Positions 45,027 through 55,294 of a stretch of 64,000 bases of DNA are shown one piece after another. A program made the position numbers and the translations under genes. Position 1 is the first letter of the stretch. The number at the start of each line of letters is the position of its first letter. This DNA comes from a bacterium (GTDB taxonomy: Bacteria > DUMJ01): NCBI GenBank assembly GCA_049969715.1, contig JBMFOH010000001.1:72958-136957 (forward strand), in the 5' to 3' direction. Below the pieces are notes generated by a model, which saw nothing but the letters and a program-made list of their open reading frames with translations, was not told the DNA's origin and ran no database searches.

Positions 45027-46304
45027 CTAAATCTTTCTCACGAATATTTTATTACCTACTACCTTTGTAACTATTACCCTAGTACCAGAAGATATATATT
45101 CGCCTTCCGTAAGACAGTCATACCTTTCCCCTCCTATTTCTACTATTCCAGTAGGCCTCAACAGGGTAACTGCTGTACCTTCTTTTCCTATAAGTCTTTC
45201 CTGCTGAACTACTACGGTAGTGAATCCTCCCTCTGATCTCTCAGACTCTTTTAAAGCAACACGTTTCCAGATAAAGCTTTCAGGTAGGTAACGTATAAAT
45301 AGAATCACTATAGCTACAATGAGTACAGTTGCCATAGTAAGAGACCTTACAGCGTTTATTCCTCCTCCCAATACTAGGTAGAGGCTAATAAATATAGATA
45401 CTATCCCTGTTATCCCAGTAATACCAAACCCTGGGGTATGAAGTTCTATAAGAAGGAGTATTATACCTCCTATTATCAAGATAATTGCTTCTATTCCTGC
45501 TAGACCTGCAAGATAATTACCAACAAAGGTAATCACTATAAGTGTAATACCTAGTATTCCAGGTATTCCAAATCCAGGTATCTGAAATTCTATGAGGAGT
45601 AAGAGTATACCTCCAAGAAGGAAGAGAAAACTATAAGTACTATCTGAAGTGATCTGGGATAACCTCTCTGACCAGTTCATATTTTCATCTATCACTCTAG
45701 GATTTGATAGGTTTAGCTTCTTCCAGAGTTCTTCATAATTATTTGCTATAAAGTCTCCATAGCCAAGCTCTTTTGCCTGTTTAGATGTAATAGTAAGAAG
45801 CTTCCCTGGTGGCTTTATGTTCTTTAAAGAAATACTTTGGTCTACCATTGCCCCTGCTATCTCTGGATTCCTTCCTCTCTTTTCTGCAGTGGCTTCAAAT
45901 TCAGCCCTTAATGCAGATACAGTCTTTTCTTCTAAAGGACGTGGCTCGGCTGCACCCATAGAGCCACTTTCAGTGAACGCAATCTTATTACATGCCAATG
46001 CTATGAGCGCACCAGCAGACCATGCTCTGTTCTTTATAAATGCTACTGTAGGAATAGAACCTTCCAAAAGGATATCCCTAATCTTTACAGCAGAGGCCAC
46101 TAAGCCTCCGAATGTATCTATCTCTACTATAACATAACTGGCATCATCTCTAGCAGCATCACTTAGTCCTCTCCTAACAAGGGTAAAGATCCCTTCATTA
46201 ATCATCCCTGAGATATGGATGATGTAAACAGTATTCGCTCTACTATAGCTAGGAAAGATCAATACGATTATTAGGACCAAGAGAGAAAACAAGACCCTTT
46301 TCAC
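45027..46304 (-). CDS. nfeD: NfeD-like membrane protein (ClpP-class protease domain, TM region, C-terminal OB domain)
   Basis: 425 aa with a signal/TM segment, a ClpP-like domain, 4-5 TM helices and a C-terminal NfeD beta-barrel. It lies upstream of floA, as in the yqeZ-yqfA pair. Confidence 0.75.
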   Translation of the reverse strand: MKRVLFSLLVLIIVLIFPSYSRANTVYIIHISGMINEGIFTLVRRGLSDAARDDASYVIVEIDTFGGLVASAVKIRDILLEGSIPTVAFIKNRAWSAGALIALACNKIAFTESGSMGAAEPRPLEEKTVSALRAEFEATAEKRGRNPEIAGAMVDQSISLKNIKPPGKLLTITSKQAKELGYGDFIANNYEELWKKLNLSNPRVIDENMNWSERLSQITSDSTYSFLFLLGGILLLLIEFQIPGFGIPGILGITLIVITFVGNYLAGLAGIEAIILIIGGIILLLIELHTPGFGITGITGIVSIFISLYLVLGGGINAVRSLTMATVLIVAIVILFIRYLPESFIWKRVALKESERSEGGFTTVVVQQERLIGKEGTAVTLLRPTGIVEIGGERYDCLTEGEYISSGTRVIVTKVVGNKIFVRKI

Positions 46305-46387
46305 TATCTCCTCCTGGATAGTATTATACCATACTATCGAATTAGTTTGTTTTTGCAGAGATGTTTGATAGATTCCCTAATTGAATT

Positions 46388-46903
46388 CTATTCTAGTTTA
46401 AGTGGATCTACAAAAAGGTCAACCCATGGTGACTTGTATGTAAACCAAACAAATAAGAATGCAGATGCAATAAATAGTATAAATACAACTATCTTAAACC
46501 CCAGAGAGACTCTAGCCTTCTCTACTCCTTTTTCTAATATTGCGGCGAATATTCCGGATATATATGTTACTATTAAAGCCCATGAGATCTCTCCGGGAGT
46601 TGTAGAGAATTTGCCCCAAAGAGCAGGAGCAAGATACCAGACTAGAAAGATTATCCAAGGTATAAAAATGGTTGCTAATGTTCTAGAATACCAAAAGTTA
46701 TTACCTCTAAATCTTTTTTTGATAATTCCATACTCTATTATAAAGACAAAAAAGTAGGCAAAAAACCCCATCTTTAGATGCTGAAAAATGGATTCATTTG
46801 TTCCACATATTGGCTTTAGAAATTGTAGTCCGGTAGAGTCATAGCCAAAATGGAGTAAACTGAATAAAATTAGATAAATTAGTGCCTTTAGATATATATT
46901 CAT
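46388..46903 (-). CDS. hypothetical membrane protein
   Basis: 171 aa with 5 predicted TM helices. Preferred over the overlapping plus-strand ORF. Confidence 0.5.
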   Translation of the reverse strand: MNIYLKALIYLILFSLLHFGYDSTGLQFLKPICGTNESIFQHLKMGFFAYFFVFIIEYGIIKKRFRGNNFWYSRTLATIFIPWIIFLVWYLAPALWGKFSTTPGEISWALIVTYISGIFAAILEKGVEKARVSLGFKIVVFILFIASAFLFVWFTYKSPWVDLFVDPLKLE

Positions 46904-46955
46904 ATTATCCTCCCTTCCATAAACACAAAGTCTAGATCAATTATAACTTGAATCC

Positions 46956-46964
46956 TGGTATAAT
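46956..46964 (+). promoter_or_regulatory. extended -10 promoter element (TGgTATAAT)
   Basis: TGGTATAAT lies upstream of the yjbQ-like gene. Confidence 0.35.
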
Positions 46965-46986
46965 GAAATTTGAATCCAAATAATCT

Positions 46987-47394
46987 TTGAAGAGGTTGAT
47001 GTGTATGATTGAATATATTAGTATTAAAAGCTCATATAAACAGCAATTTATAAATATTACAGGATTGGTTCAGAGCGTTATAGATAGGCTAGGTGTTAGG
47101 GAAGGGGTATGTATAGTCTATGTTCCACATACTACTGCCGGTATAACGATAAATGAAGATGCGGACCCTGATGTAATAGGAGATATTGGAAGACATCTAG
47201 ACAGACTAGTTCCAGAAGGTATAGAGTTTAGACATATAGAAGGGAACTCTCCTGCACATATAAAGAGTTCATTAATAGGGCATTCTGTTACTATCCCCCT
47301 AGAGAATGGAAAGCTTCTACTTGGCAGATGGCAAGGAATATTCTTCTGTGAATTTGATGGTCCGAGGCCTAGACAGGTTATAGTAAAACTATAG
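46987..47394 (+). CDS. yjbQ: YjbQ family (UPF0047) secondary thiamine-phosphate synthase-like protein
   Basis: 135 aa with the conserved VPHTTAGITINE and GHS..IP..NG.L.LG.WQGI blocks. Confidence 0.8.
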   Translation: MKRLMCMIEYISIKSSYKQQFINITGLVQSVIDRLGVREGVCIVYVPHTTAGITINEDADPDVIGDIGRHLDRLVPEGIEFRHIEGNSPAHIKSSLIGHSVTIPLENGKLLLGRWQGIFFCEFDGPRPRQVIVKL

Positions 47395-47431
47395 CTCTTT
47401 TAGAAAGACTTGTTGCAAATGTTGAGATTCT

Positions 47432-47468
47432 AGTCCTCCTTATGAGGACTCCTTCGCTCACCTCTTTT
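47432..47468 (+). terminator. possible weak terminator hairpin
   Basis: AGTCCTC-CTTAT-GAGGACT, then a T-run (CTCTTTTTCT) about 14 nt downstream. Confidence 0.3.
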
Positions 47469-47516
47469 TCTGTTGGGCCTTATATGCTATTCTTAGTATA
47501 GAAAGGAGACTGAAAG

Positions 47517-48578
47517 ATGAATCATGCTAGAAAGGAAAGAGTTGAGAATTATCTAAGAGCGATAAATTTTCAACATCCAATATGGATACCTAGCAGGGTT
47601 AGTATTATGCCTGCTACTTGGAGAAAGTATCGAGAGGCTTTAGAAGAAATTGTTCTTAGACATCCTAAGATATTCCCCGATTACAGAAAGGGAAGCGTAG
47701 ACTTTGATGCAGTGAGTGATCCAGGATACCGTAAGGGAAAATTTAAAGACAGCTGGGGATGCGTATGGGAAAATATAGAAGAGGGGTTAGAAGGAATAGT
47801 TATAGAGTCTCCACTAGATGATTGGGAGAAGTTTGATAGTTATATTCCACCAGACCCTATAGTGCAGGAAGAAAGAGGAGGGGAACTAGACTGGGAAAAG
47901 GCTAGAGAAGTATTGAGAGAAAGAAAACTTAGGGGAGAATTAGCTACAGGTGGACTACGTCACGGATTTATGTATATGAGACTTTACTACCTTAGAGGTT
48001 TTGAGAATCTTATGATAGATATAGCAACAGAAGACCCAAGATTAGAGAGACTGATAGATATGGTTCTTGAATATAATATAAAGCTTATAAAGAAATGGAT
48101 CGATGTAGGGGCAGAATTCCTATACTTTGGAGACGATTTAGGAAATCAAGATAGGCTCCCGATAAGTCCTGAGAAATGGAGAAGATATCTAAAGCCATGT
48201 TATAAAGAAATGTTTGGTTTATGTAGAGAAAACAATGTCTATGTTTATTTCCATACCGATGGTCATATCCTAGAGATTGTAGATGACTTGATAGAATGTG
48301 GAATAAATGTATTGAACCCACAGGTAAGAGCGAATACGATAGATGGGCTAGTAAAGACAGCAAAAGGTAAGGTGTGTATAGATTTAGACCTAGATAGACA
48401 GTTATTTCCATTTGCCACACCTAAAGAGATAAGAGAACATATAGAAGAGGCAGTGAGAAGATTAAACAGCCCGAATGGTGGTTTGATTCTTATGGCTGAA
48501 TGTGAGCCAGATGTTCCTCTTGAGAATATAGATGCTATATGTAGTGTATTAGAAGATGTCGGAGGGCCATCGGTATAG
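47517..48578 (+). CDS. uroporphyrinogen decarboxylase (URO-D) family protein
   Basis: 353 aa with a URO-D-like TIM barrel. Exact function unclear (MtaA/CmuA-like is possible). Confidence 0.6.
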   Translation: MNHARKERVENYLRAINFQHPIWIPSRVSIMPATWRKYREALEEIVLRHPKIFPDYRKGSVDFDAVSDPGYRKGKFKDSWGCVWENIEEGLEGIVIESPLDDWEKFDSYIPPDPIVQEERGGELDWEKAREVLRERKLRGELATGGLRHGFMYMRLYYLRGFENLMIDIATEDPRLERLIDMVLEYNIKLIKKWIDVGAEFLYFGDDLGNQDRLPISPEKWRRYLKPCYKEMFGLCRENNVYVYFHTDGHILEIVDDLIECGINVLNPQVRANTIDGLVKTAKGKVCIDLDLDRQLFPFATPKEIREHIEEAVRRLNSPNGGLILMAECEPDVPLENIDAICSVLEDVGGPSV

Positions 48579-49148
48579 GGTTATCTTGTATCTTTTCTCT
48601 CTTTCTATAACTACTATAGTATTATGGGAGATGTCAAGGTTCCAGTATGTATTACCAGTAGAGCCTATTAGGTCAAATATAAGTGCTTTTATAGGTCCTG
48701 CATGTGTGACTACTAAGATATCCTGAGATTTATTACTCTGAAACATCTCCTCTATTGCAGCTCTTACTCTATTGGCAAGTTCTTTTAGGGTCTCTCCATT
48801 GGGAGGAGACACTGTCCAGGGGTCTTTTTGCCACATCTTGAATAGTTTTGAATCCTCTTCCATCTCAAAGATAGATTTTCCTGTCCAGTTACCAAAGTCC
48901 ATTTCTCTAAGAGATTCTTTGTATGTGATGTTTTGGAGATCTAACTCTTTTGCTATAATCTCTGCCGTCTCCTTTGCCCTAGTTAGGTCACTTGAATATA
49001 TAATAGAGACCCTCTTACCTTTAAATGCAGAAGCTAAAACCTTGGCTTCTTTTCTTCCCAGTTCATTTAGAGGTATATCTTTTTGCCCCTGATATAATCC
49101 GTTTTTATTCCAATCTGTTTCTCCATGCCTTACAAGGTATATCTTCAT
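48549..49148 (-). CDS. cobC: alpha-ribazole phosphatase (histidine phosphatase family)
   Basis: N-terminus MKIYLVRHGETDWN (RHG catalytic motif). Last gene of the cob salvage operon. Confidence 0.7.
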   Translation of the reverse strand: MKIYLVRHGETDWNKNGLYQGQKDIPLNELGRKEAKVLASAFKGKRVSIIYSSDLTRAKETAEIIAKELDLQNITYKESLREMDFGNWTGKSIFEMEEDSKLFKMWQKDPWTVSPPNGETLKELANRVRAAIEEMFQSNKSQDILVVTHAGPIKALIFDLIGSTGNTYWNLDISHNTIVVIEREKRYKITLYRWPSDIF

Positions 49149-49855
49149 AATATCAACAGGGTAATTAATTCAGTTATTTCACATATAGCACCATACATAT
49201 CCCCTGTAAGTCCTCCTATCCTTCTAGTAAGATATAATCCTATTAGATATCCTATAATAATTACAGCAAAAAATGCAAGTAATCCCTTCTCCCCTCCTGT
49301 TAAAAGACCCAGTACTAGAGTAATAGCTCCAGAAAAGATGATATCTCGTTGGGTTAATACGTTAGAGAATATACTCCCCTTTCCCTCCTTCCTTCCGTAT
49401 GGGAAGAGATAGATGGAAAGAGTTATTAGAAACCTTCCATATATAGGAGCCACTATAACTCGTGTATAAGCGTTATATCCCTCTCCCAAGGAGAGAAACT
49501 TAAGTGTTAGCAGAAAGAATATTGCTAGTGCACCCATTGTGCCTATCCTACTATCCCTCATAACCTCTAAGATACTTTCTCTGTCCTTTCTGCTAAGAAT
49601 ACCATCAAAGGTATCTGCTAGTCCATCTATATGGATACCACCAGTTATACCCTCCCAAGCTAGGATAGTAAGCATTATAGATATCCAGTACCCAGTAATT
49701 CTAGAAAAGAAGAATAAGAAAAGGGATAGGCTAAGACCTAGAAAAAATCCAACTAAGGGGAAAACTCTTGGGCTTTTTGCTAAAGCCCTCTCGTCTGTGC
49801 TTCTATTTATAGGCACAATTGTGAGAAATTTTAGAGCCTCGAGAAACTCATTCAC
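49145..49855 (-). CDS. cobS: adenosylcobinamide-GDP ribazoletransferase (cobalamin synthase)
   Basis: CobS-like TM protein. I prefer the GTG start at 49855 (MNEFLEALKFLTIVP) because it has an AGGAG RBS and overlaps the cobT stop by 8 nt. The ORF-track start at 49903 would overlap cobT by 56 nt. Confidence 0.75.
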   Translation of the reverse strand: MNEFLEALKFLTIVPINRSTDERALAKSPRVFPLVGFFLGLSLSLFLFFFSRITGYWISIMLTILAWEGITGGIHIDGLADTFDGILSRKDRESILEVMRDSRIGTMGALAIFFLLTLKFLSLGEGYNAYTRVIVAPIYGRFLITLSIYLFPYGRKEGKGSIFSNVLTQRDIIFSGAITLVLGLLTGGEKGLLAFFAVIIIGYLIGLYLTRRIGGLTGDMYGAICEITELITLLIL

Positions 49856-50906
49856 CCTTTGAAACTCCTGCCTCTTCGAATGTGAGCATATTATAGTAGG
49901 CATTTAGGGCACAGTCTATAATTATCATCCCTATAGCTGAACCAGTGCCTTCACCAAGTCGCATATCTAAGGTAAGCATCGATCTAAGACCCATTTGGTC
50001 TAGGGCTATCTTATGTCCTGGTTCTTGGGATAGATGCGAAGGTATGATATAGGGAAGGACATCTGGCGTAATCTTGTAAGCTAATAATGCTCCGATCGTA
50101 GAGATAAATCCATCTATTACCACTGGCTTTCTAAGATAAGCACACCCTATGACGAGTCCTGCTATTGCTCCTATCTCTAGTCCCCCTACCTTCTCTAGCA
50201 CATCAATAGGGTCATTAGGATTTGGTTTATGAAGCCTTATTGCTTCACTTATAACTGTTCTTTTCTTCTTTATACCCTCTTTATCTAATCCTGTCCCAGC
50301 ACCTACTATTGAATCTAAAGATACATCCTTAGCAAATACACTAAGTATAGCAGTAGATGGGGTTGTATTCCCTATCCCCATCTCACCTGTCCCTACGATG
50401 TCTATCTTCATTTTATCTAATTCTTCTGCCATCTGGATACCAACCTCTATACATTTTATGGCTTCATCTCTAGTCATAGCTGGCTCTTGAGAGAAGTCAT
50501 TTGTCCCATGTCTTACATTATAATTCCTGAATGAAGGGTGGTTAAATTCAACAGGATGAGCTATCCCTACATCTACCACAAAAACCTCTGCGTTGGCTCT
50601 AGATGCAATAGCATTTATTCCTGCTCCTCCATTTAGAAAATTCCTTACCATCTGAACGGTTACCTCTTGGGGATAGGCGCTGACTCCCCTTTTTACGATT
50701 CCATGGTCTCCAACCATTATTACTATAGCCTTTTTGTTTATCTTGGGAGAGGGGTCTCCTCTAATCCCAGCTAATTGGACTACTATCTCTTCCAACCTTC
50801 CTAAACTCTTACGGGGCTTTGTTAAGCTATCCCATCTCTTCCATGCCTTTTCTTGGGCATCCTCTACTAATGGTCTTATATTAGACACTATTTCATCAAG
50901 TTTCAT
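49848..50906 (-). CDS. cobT: nicotinate-nucleotide--dimethylbenzimidazole phosphoribosyltransferase
   Basis: 352 aa with conserved CobT blocks (GIGNTT, ...GE.GIG). Confidence 0.85.
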   Translation of the reverse strand: MKLDEIVSNIRPLVEDAQEKAWKRWDSLTKPRKSLGRLEEIVVQLAGIRGDPSPKINKKAIVIMVGDHGIVKRGVSAYPQEVTVQMVRNFLNGGAGINAIASRANAEVFVVDVGIAHPVEFNHPSFRNYNVRHGTNDFSQEPAMTRDEAIKCIEVGIQMAEELDKMKIDIVGTGEMGIGNTTPSTAILSVFAKDVSLDSIVGAGTGLDKEGIKKKRTVISEAIRLHKPNPNDPIDVLEKVGGLEIGAIAGLVIGCAYLRKPVVIDGFISTIGALLAYKITPDVLPYIIPSHLSQEPGHKIALDQMGLRSMLTLDMRLGEGTGSAIGMIIIDCALNAYYNMLTFEEAGVSKGE

Positions 50907-51405
50907 TCTTTACCTCCATGGGAATTCCTGCCACCATAAAGTAAACCTTCTGGGCTAGTTTTGCAAATATCTGATTAACCTTTCCTAATGTATCCCTATA
51001 CCTTCTTGCCAGAGGATATTCTGGAACTATACTGAGTCCAACCTCATTAGAAACTACAATTACCTTCTTATCTATAGACCTAACATATTGAGCTATCTCT
51101 TCTGCCATTTCTACTATATGTTTATCTGGATACTTCTCTATCAGGTTAGATACCCAGAGTGTAAGGCAATCTAAGATTATACAGTCCTCTTTTACCACTT
51201 TTATGGCACTCATTATATCCTCTGGAGCTTCTATAGTTTTCCAGTGCGAAGGCCTTTCAATTTTATGCCTTTCTATCCTCTCTTTCATCTCCTCATCTAA
51301 GGGTAATGCGGTGGCTATAAAAGCCACCGCATCGCCCTTACTAAGTTCCAATGCGAAGCTACTCTTTCCACTTCTAGCTCCGCCAATGATAAATACTAAA
51401 CTCAT
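50896..51405 (-). CDS. cobU: adenosylcobinamide kinase / adenosylcobinamide-phosphate guanylyltransferase
   Basis: 169 aa with P-loop GGARSGKS. Confidence 0.85.
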   Translation of the reverse strand: MSLVFIIGGARSGKSSFALELSKGDAVAFIATALPLDEEMKERIERHKIERPSHWKTIEAPEDIMSAIKVVKEDCIILDCLTLWVSNLIEKYPDKHIVEMAEEIAQYVRSIDKKVIVVSNEVGLSIVPEYPLARRYRDTLGKVNQIFAKLAQKVYFMVAGIPMEVKNET

Positions 51406-52298
51406 TTGAACAACTCTGGATGTAAGTACTTTGCTATTATCTCTAAGGCATCAACCAGTCTTGGGCCTGGCCTAAAGATGATATTATCATCTATAGTAAA
51501 AATTCTTCCCTCTTTAACAGCCTTTAGAGATGACCATCCTGGACGAGTAGCTACATTAAGGGGACCTGCACCCATACTTGATGCTGCCCCTATAATAACA
51601 TCTGGGTCTTCCTTGATTAACTCCTCAAGACTGAATATAGGATAAGGTGTCTTTGCATTTCCAGCTATATTTATTCCTCCAGCCTTTTTTATTAGGTCAT
51701 CTACAAATGAACCTGGGCCTACACTCATCAAAGGTTCATGCCAAAGTTCAAAGAATACCTTTGGTTTTTGTTGAGCCTTTTTGACCCTACTTACTACAGT
51801 AGAGACCCTGAACTTTAGGTTAAAACCTAAGTCTCTCGCTACCTTATCTTGTCCTGTTATATGTCCTACCTTGTATATAGTAGTTATAACATCATCTATT
51901 GTTTTGGGGTCTATTACATACACAGTGATTCCTAGCTGCTGGAGTTTTTCTACGATCGGCATCTGTATCCCTCCAGTAGCTAAAACTAGGTCAGGTTTTA
52001 GGGAGAGGATTTTTTCTACATTTGGAGCCTGGAAATCTCCTATCTTCTCCTTCTTAGTAGCCTCTTTTGGATAGTCACACCATGTTGTTACTCCCACTAC
52101 CTTGTCTCCTAGTCCTAACGAAAAGAGTATCTCTGTATTGGCTGGAGCAATAGAAATGATCCTCTGTGGTAATCTGGAAATGATAACAGTACGCTTTGCA
52201 TCATCCCTTACCTTTAATGGAAATTCTGCTCCAAACACAGTATTTACTAGTAAGGACATAGAAATGAGCAAAATAATACCTATTATAAATCTTCGCAA
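51402..52298 (-). CDS. btuF: ABC transporter periplasmic substrate-binding protein, cobalamin/siderophore (BtuF-like) class
   Basis: 298 aa with a signal peptide and a class III SBP. TTG start with a GGAGGG RBS. First gene downstream of the B12 riboswitch. Confidence 0.7.
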   Translation of the reverse strand: MRRFIIGIILLISMSLLVNTVFGAEFPLKVRDDAKRTVIISRLPQRIISIAPANTEILFSLGLGDKVVGVTTWCDYPKEATKKEKIGDFQAPNVEKILSLKPDLVLATGGIQMPIVEKLQQLGITVYVIDPKTIDDVITTIYKVGHITGQDKVARDLGFNLKFRVSTVVSRVKKAQQKPKVFFELWHEPLMSVGPGSFVDDLIKKAGGINIAGNAKTPYPIFSLEELIKEDPDVIIGAASSMGAGPLNVATRPGWSSLKAVKEGRIFTIDDNIIFRPGPRLVDALEIIAKYLHPELFK

Positions 52299-52429
52299 TT
52301 TTATCCCTCCTAACGAAATAATAGACTAATAGAAACGCCTGTAGAACCTTACTAGTATTTCATTCTATGGACTTCTAATATGCTCCATAAAGGTGTCAAC
52401 CTCCTTTCCTCGAAGGAATTGACATATTC

Positions 52430-52565
52430 TGATAGGCAGGTCTCCTGGCTCCTGGCATCGACCTTGTGCCTTCCCAGTTTCCCAGTGGCATATACAAGGC
52501 CCTTTAAGTCAGTTACAGTAGCGGGACTGCAGTGGATTTTCACCACTTTCCCTTTTCATCTCTGA
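52430..52565 (-). promoter_or_regulatory. cobalamin (AdoCbl) riboswitch
   Basis: The minus-strand RNA reads AAAAGGGAAAGUGGUGAAAAUCCACUGCAGUCCCGCUACUGUAACUGA ... AUGCCACUGGGAAACUGGGAAGGC ... GCCAGGAGCCAGGAGACCUGCC. This matches the B12-element consensus, including the B12 box AGCCAGGAGACCUGCC and the GCCACUG motif. Confidence 0.85.
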
Positions 52566-52637
52566 TAAGAGAACCTATCAGATTATGTACTAGAGAGTAT
52601 GATACTATTTTCCTCTCTCAAAATCAAGCAAGATATT

Positions 52638-53390
52638 CTATATCAGATTGGCTTCTATTAGAAATTCTTGGTCTGAGAATATACTCCTATAATCTCCAGT
52701 TTTTAAAATCTCTTTATTCTCTCCTAATACATATATCTTATCTGCTATATCTGGAATTATCTTTAGGTCATGGGTAGCAGTTATGATTGTTTTATTTTCG
52801 TTGCGGAACCTTTTGATAAATTCTAGTAGTTCCCTGACACTTCTTGGGTCTAGCCCATTAGTTGGTTCGTCTAATAGAAGTACAGTAGGTTCTATAACAA
52901 GTAGACTTGCCAATGCTATTTTCTTCTTCTCCCCCTCACTCAATTGATAGGGTGACAAGCCTAATAGGTGCGAGATACGGAAGAAGTCTGCGGTTTCTTT
53001 TATTCGTTCTTTTATCTTATTGGGGTCAAGCCCAAGTTGAATAAGGCCAAAGGCTATCTCATCCTCAACAGTAGGAGAGAAAAGCTGAGCGTTTACATCC
53101 TGAAAGAGTAAGACTACGTTTCTTCTAAAGAATCTATTAAATTCAGGGTCATCAAAACTCTTCTCTGTTATATCCCTTCCAAATGCATATATAGAACCTC
53201 TAGATGGAAAGATAAGCCCATCTAACAGTTTTAAGAGGGTCGTCTTCCCCGAGCCATTTGCTCCGATGATAGCAACACTCTCTCCTCTTTCCACCTCCAT
53301 GTTTATAGAGGCAAGGGCAAATCTATGGTTTAAATACGAGTAACTTACATTACTAAGTTTAAATATCAGCCTTTGGTCTAACCCTTCCAA
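52638..53390 (-). CDS. cbiO: ECF/ABC transporter ATP-binding protein (CbiO/NikO/LarO-like)
   Basis: 250 aa with Walker A GANGSGKTT, signature LSEGEKKKIA and Walker B LLLDEPT. Confidence 0.75.
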   Translation of the reverse strand: MEGLDQRLIFKLSNVSYSYLNHRFALASINMEVERGESVAIIGANGSGKTTLLKLLDGLIFPSRGSIYAFGRDITEKSFDDPEFNRFFRRNVVLLFQDVNAQLFSPTVEDEIAFGLIQLGLDPNKIKERIKETADFFRISHLLGLSPYQLSEGEKKKIALASLLVIEPTVLLLDEPTNGLDPRSVRELLEFIKRFRNENKTIITATHDLKIIPDIADKIYVLGENKEILKTGDYRSIFSDQEFLIEANLI

Positions 53391-54540
53391 TAGCTTGATT
53401 TATGACCTCCTTCATTATATCCTGTACAGGTAATCCCGTCTTTTCAGCAATAACCTTACAATCATCATATTCTGGCGTTATCTTGGGTGTATCGTCTATA
53501 TAAGAGACCTTTACCTTAGCTATCCCCCATGGGGTATCAACTTCTATTATTTCTCTAGGTAGCATAACCTTCTCTACCTCATACATCCTAACCCCAATAG
53601 AGGTCGTCTCTCTAAATATTATGTCCACGATACTGTTTATCGCATCCTTTGGAGAAATGACAGTAAGCTTTACCGCTGGCCTAGACTTTTTCATATATAT
53701 TGGTGTAAAGAAGACATCGAGTGCTCCAGCACTAAATAACCTATCCATAATATATCCATAGATCTGTGGATTCATATCGTCTATGTTTACATCTATAATC
53801 GTATTTGTATCCCTCTGTTTACTATAATAGAGCTCCCCTATAATAGCTCTTACCATATTTGGTATAGGGAAATCCTTTTTGCCTACCCCATATCCTATCC
53901 TTTCCACTGTAATAAATGGTATCTCTCCAAATCTATAGGTGAGGGTAGAGATGATCCCTGCCCCTGTTGGTGTAACAAGCTCTCCTTTTATACCATTAGA
54001 ATATACTGGAACACCCTTTAATAACTCTACAGTAGCGGGTGCGGGAACAGGAAGCCTTCCATGAGCAGTTTCAATAAATCCTTCTCCCAAAGGCAGAGGA
54101 GAACTGTATACCCTTTCTATACCGAGGAGCTTCAACCCTAACACGCTTCCTACCACGTCTATTATAGTATCTATTCCTGCCAATTCGTGAAGATGGACCT
54201 CTTCTATACTCTCTCCATGGATCTTAGCCTCACTAGATGCGATCTTGTATAATATATTGAGACTTTTCTCTTTTGTACCCTCTTCAAGATCACTTTTTTC
54301 TATAATCTCTAGGATATCCTTTGCGTGTCTATGGGTAACATTGTCTTCTACGATTACATTAACACTTGTTCCAGTTAGAGCCTTCTTCTTTACCCTTGAG
54401 ATTTCTATTCTGTAACCTTTGAGATGGAGTTTTCCTAGCTCTTTTTCCCAGGGTTCTCTATCAAGTCCTAGATCAAAGAGAGCACCAAGAAGCATATCTC
54501 CACTTATCCCATTGAAACAATCCAGATATATAGCCTTCAT
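53359..54540 (-). CDS. larC: nickel-pincer cofactor biosynthesis nickel insertion protein LarC
   Basis: The N-terminus MKAIYLDCFNGISGDMLLGALFDLG is the LarC/DUF111 signature. 393 aa. Confidence 0.85.
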   Translation of the reverse strand: MKAIYLDCFNGISGDMLLGALFDLGLDREPWEKELGKLHLKGYRIEISRVKKKALTGTSVNVIVEDNVTHRHAKDILEIIEKSDLEEGTKEKSLNILYKIASSEAKIHGESIEEVHLHELAGIDTIIDVVGSVLGLKLLGIERVYSSPLPLGEGFIETAHGRLPVPAPATVELLKGVPVYSNGIKGELVTPTGAGIISTLTYRFGEIPFITVERIGYGVGKKDFPIPNMVRAIIGELYYSKQRDTNTIIDVNIDDMNPQIYGYIMDRLFSAGALDVFFTPIYMKKSRPAVKLTVISPKDAINSIVDIIFRETTSIGVRMYEVEKVMLPREIIEVDTPWGIAKVKVSYIDDTPKITPEYDDCKVIAEKTGLPVQDIMKEVINQAIGRVRPKADI

Positions 54541-54541
54541 A

Positions 54542-55294
54542 TTATTCTCCTTTCATATGATTTATCATACTGGCCAGATAACCTGCTCCAAATCCATTGT
54601 CTATATTTACCACTGATAAGCCAGGAACACAGCTATTTAACATAGTTAAGAGTGCAGATAGACCCTTAAAGTTAGCCCCATAACCTACACTTGTAGGTAC
54701 CCCAATTACAGGTTTATCTACAAGCCCAGCCACAACACTTGGAAGTGCCCCTTCCATTCCAGCCACTGCTACTATCACATTTGCCTTTCTTATCCTTTCT
54801 AGGTTGTCAAGCAATCTGTGGAGCCCTGCAACCCCTACATCGTATACTTTCTCCACATAGTTTCCCATAATAAGTGCTGTTTCAACTGCCTCCTCTGCTA
54901 TCGGAAGGTCAGCGGTACCTGCACTTATGACTGTTATATGCCCTATAGGGTCTATGTGAGTTTTTGATATAGTAATAGTTTTAGCCAATTCATTGTATCT
55001 AGCCTCAGGGATATCTAAGACTACCCTATTAAATACCTCTTCTTCCGCCCTAGTAGCCAATACTTTAGAATTTCTAGAGGCTAGTCTTTTTATAATCTCT
55101 ACCGACTGATCTATCTTCTTCCCTTGGCAGAAGACTACCTCAGGAAACCCCTTTCTTAAAGCCCTATGATGGTCAAGACGAGCATATCCTAGGTCTTCAT
55201 AGGGAAGAAGAGTAAGTTTCTCTATTACCTCCTCTATACCTATATTCCCTTCCTTTAGATTTAATAGTAATTCTTTAAGTAACTCCTTATTCAT
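54542..55294 (-). CDS. larB: pyridinium-3,5-biscarboxylic acid mononucleotide synthase LarB (PurE-like)
   Basis: 250 aa with a PurE-like fold and ISAGTADLPIAEEA. Confidence 0.85.
   Translation of the reverse strand: MNKELLKELLLNLKEGNIGIEEVIEKLTLLPYEDLGYARLDHHRALRKGFPEVVFCQGKKIDQSVEIIKRLASRNSKVLATRAEEEVFNRVVLDIPEARYNELAKTITISKTHIDPIGHITVISAGTADLPIAEEAVETALIMGNYVEKVYDVGVAGLHRLLDNLERIRKANVIVAVAGMEGALPSVVAGLVDKPVIGVPTSVGYGANFKGLSALLTMLNSCVPGLSVVNIDNGFGAGYLASMINHMKGE

Noticed and set aside
46347-46757. 136-aa plus-strand ORF
   Set aside because: It overlaps the 171-aa minus-strand ORF (46388..46903), which has clear TM-helix periodicity. The plus-strand ORF has no start context or motifs.
49856-49903. 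Longer cobS N-terminus (ATG at 49903) overlapping cobT by 56 nt
   Set aside because: The GTG at 49855 has an AGGAG RBS and gives the conserved CobS N-terminus (..FLTIVP..). The long form is probably an ORF-calling artefact.
52352-52565. Two overlapping six-frame ORFs (52352..52546 minus, 52380..52565 plus)
   Set aside because: They coincide exactly with the cobalamin riboswitch aptamer. Their length comes from GC-rich structured RNA, not coding potential.
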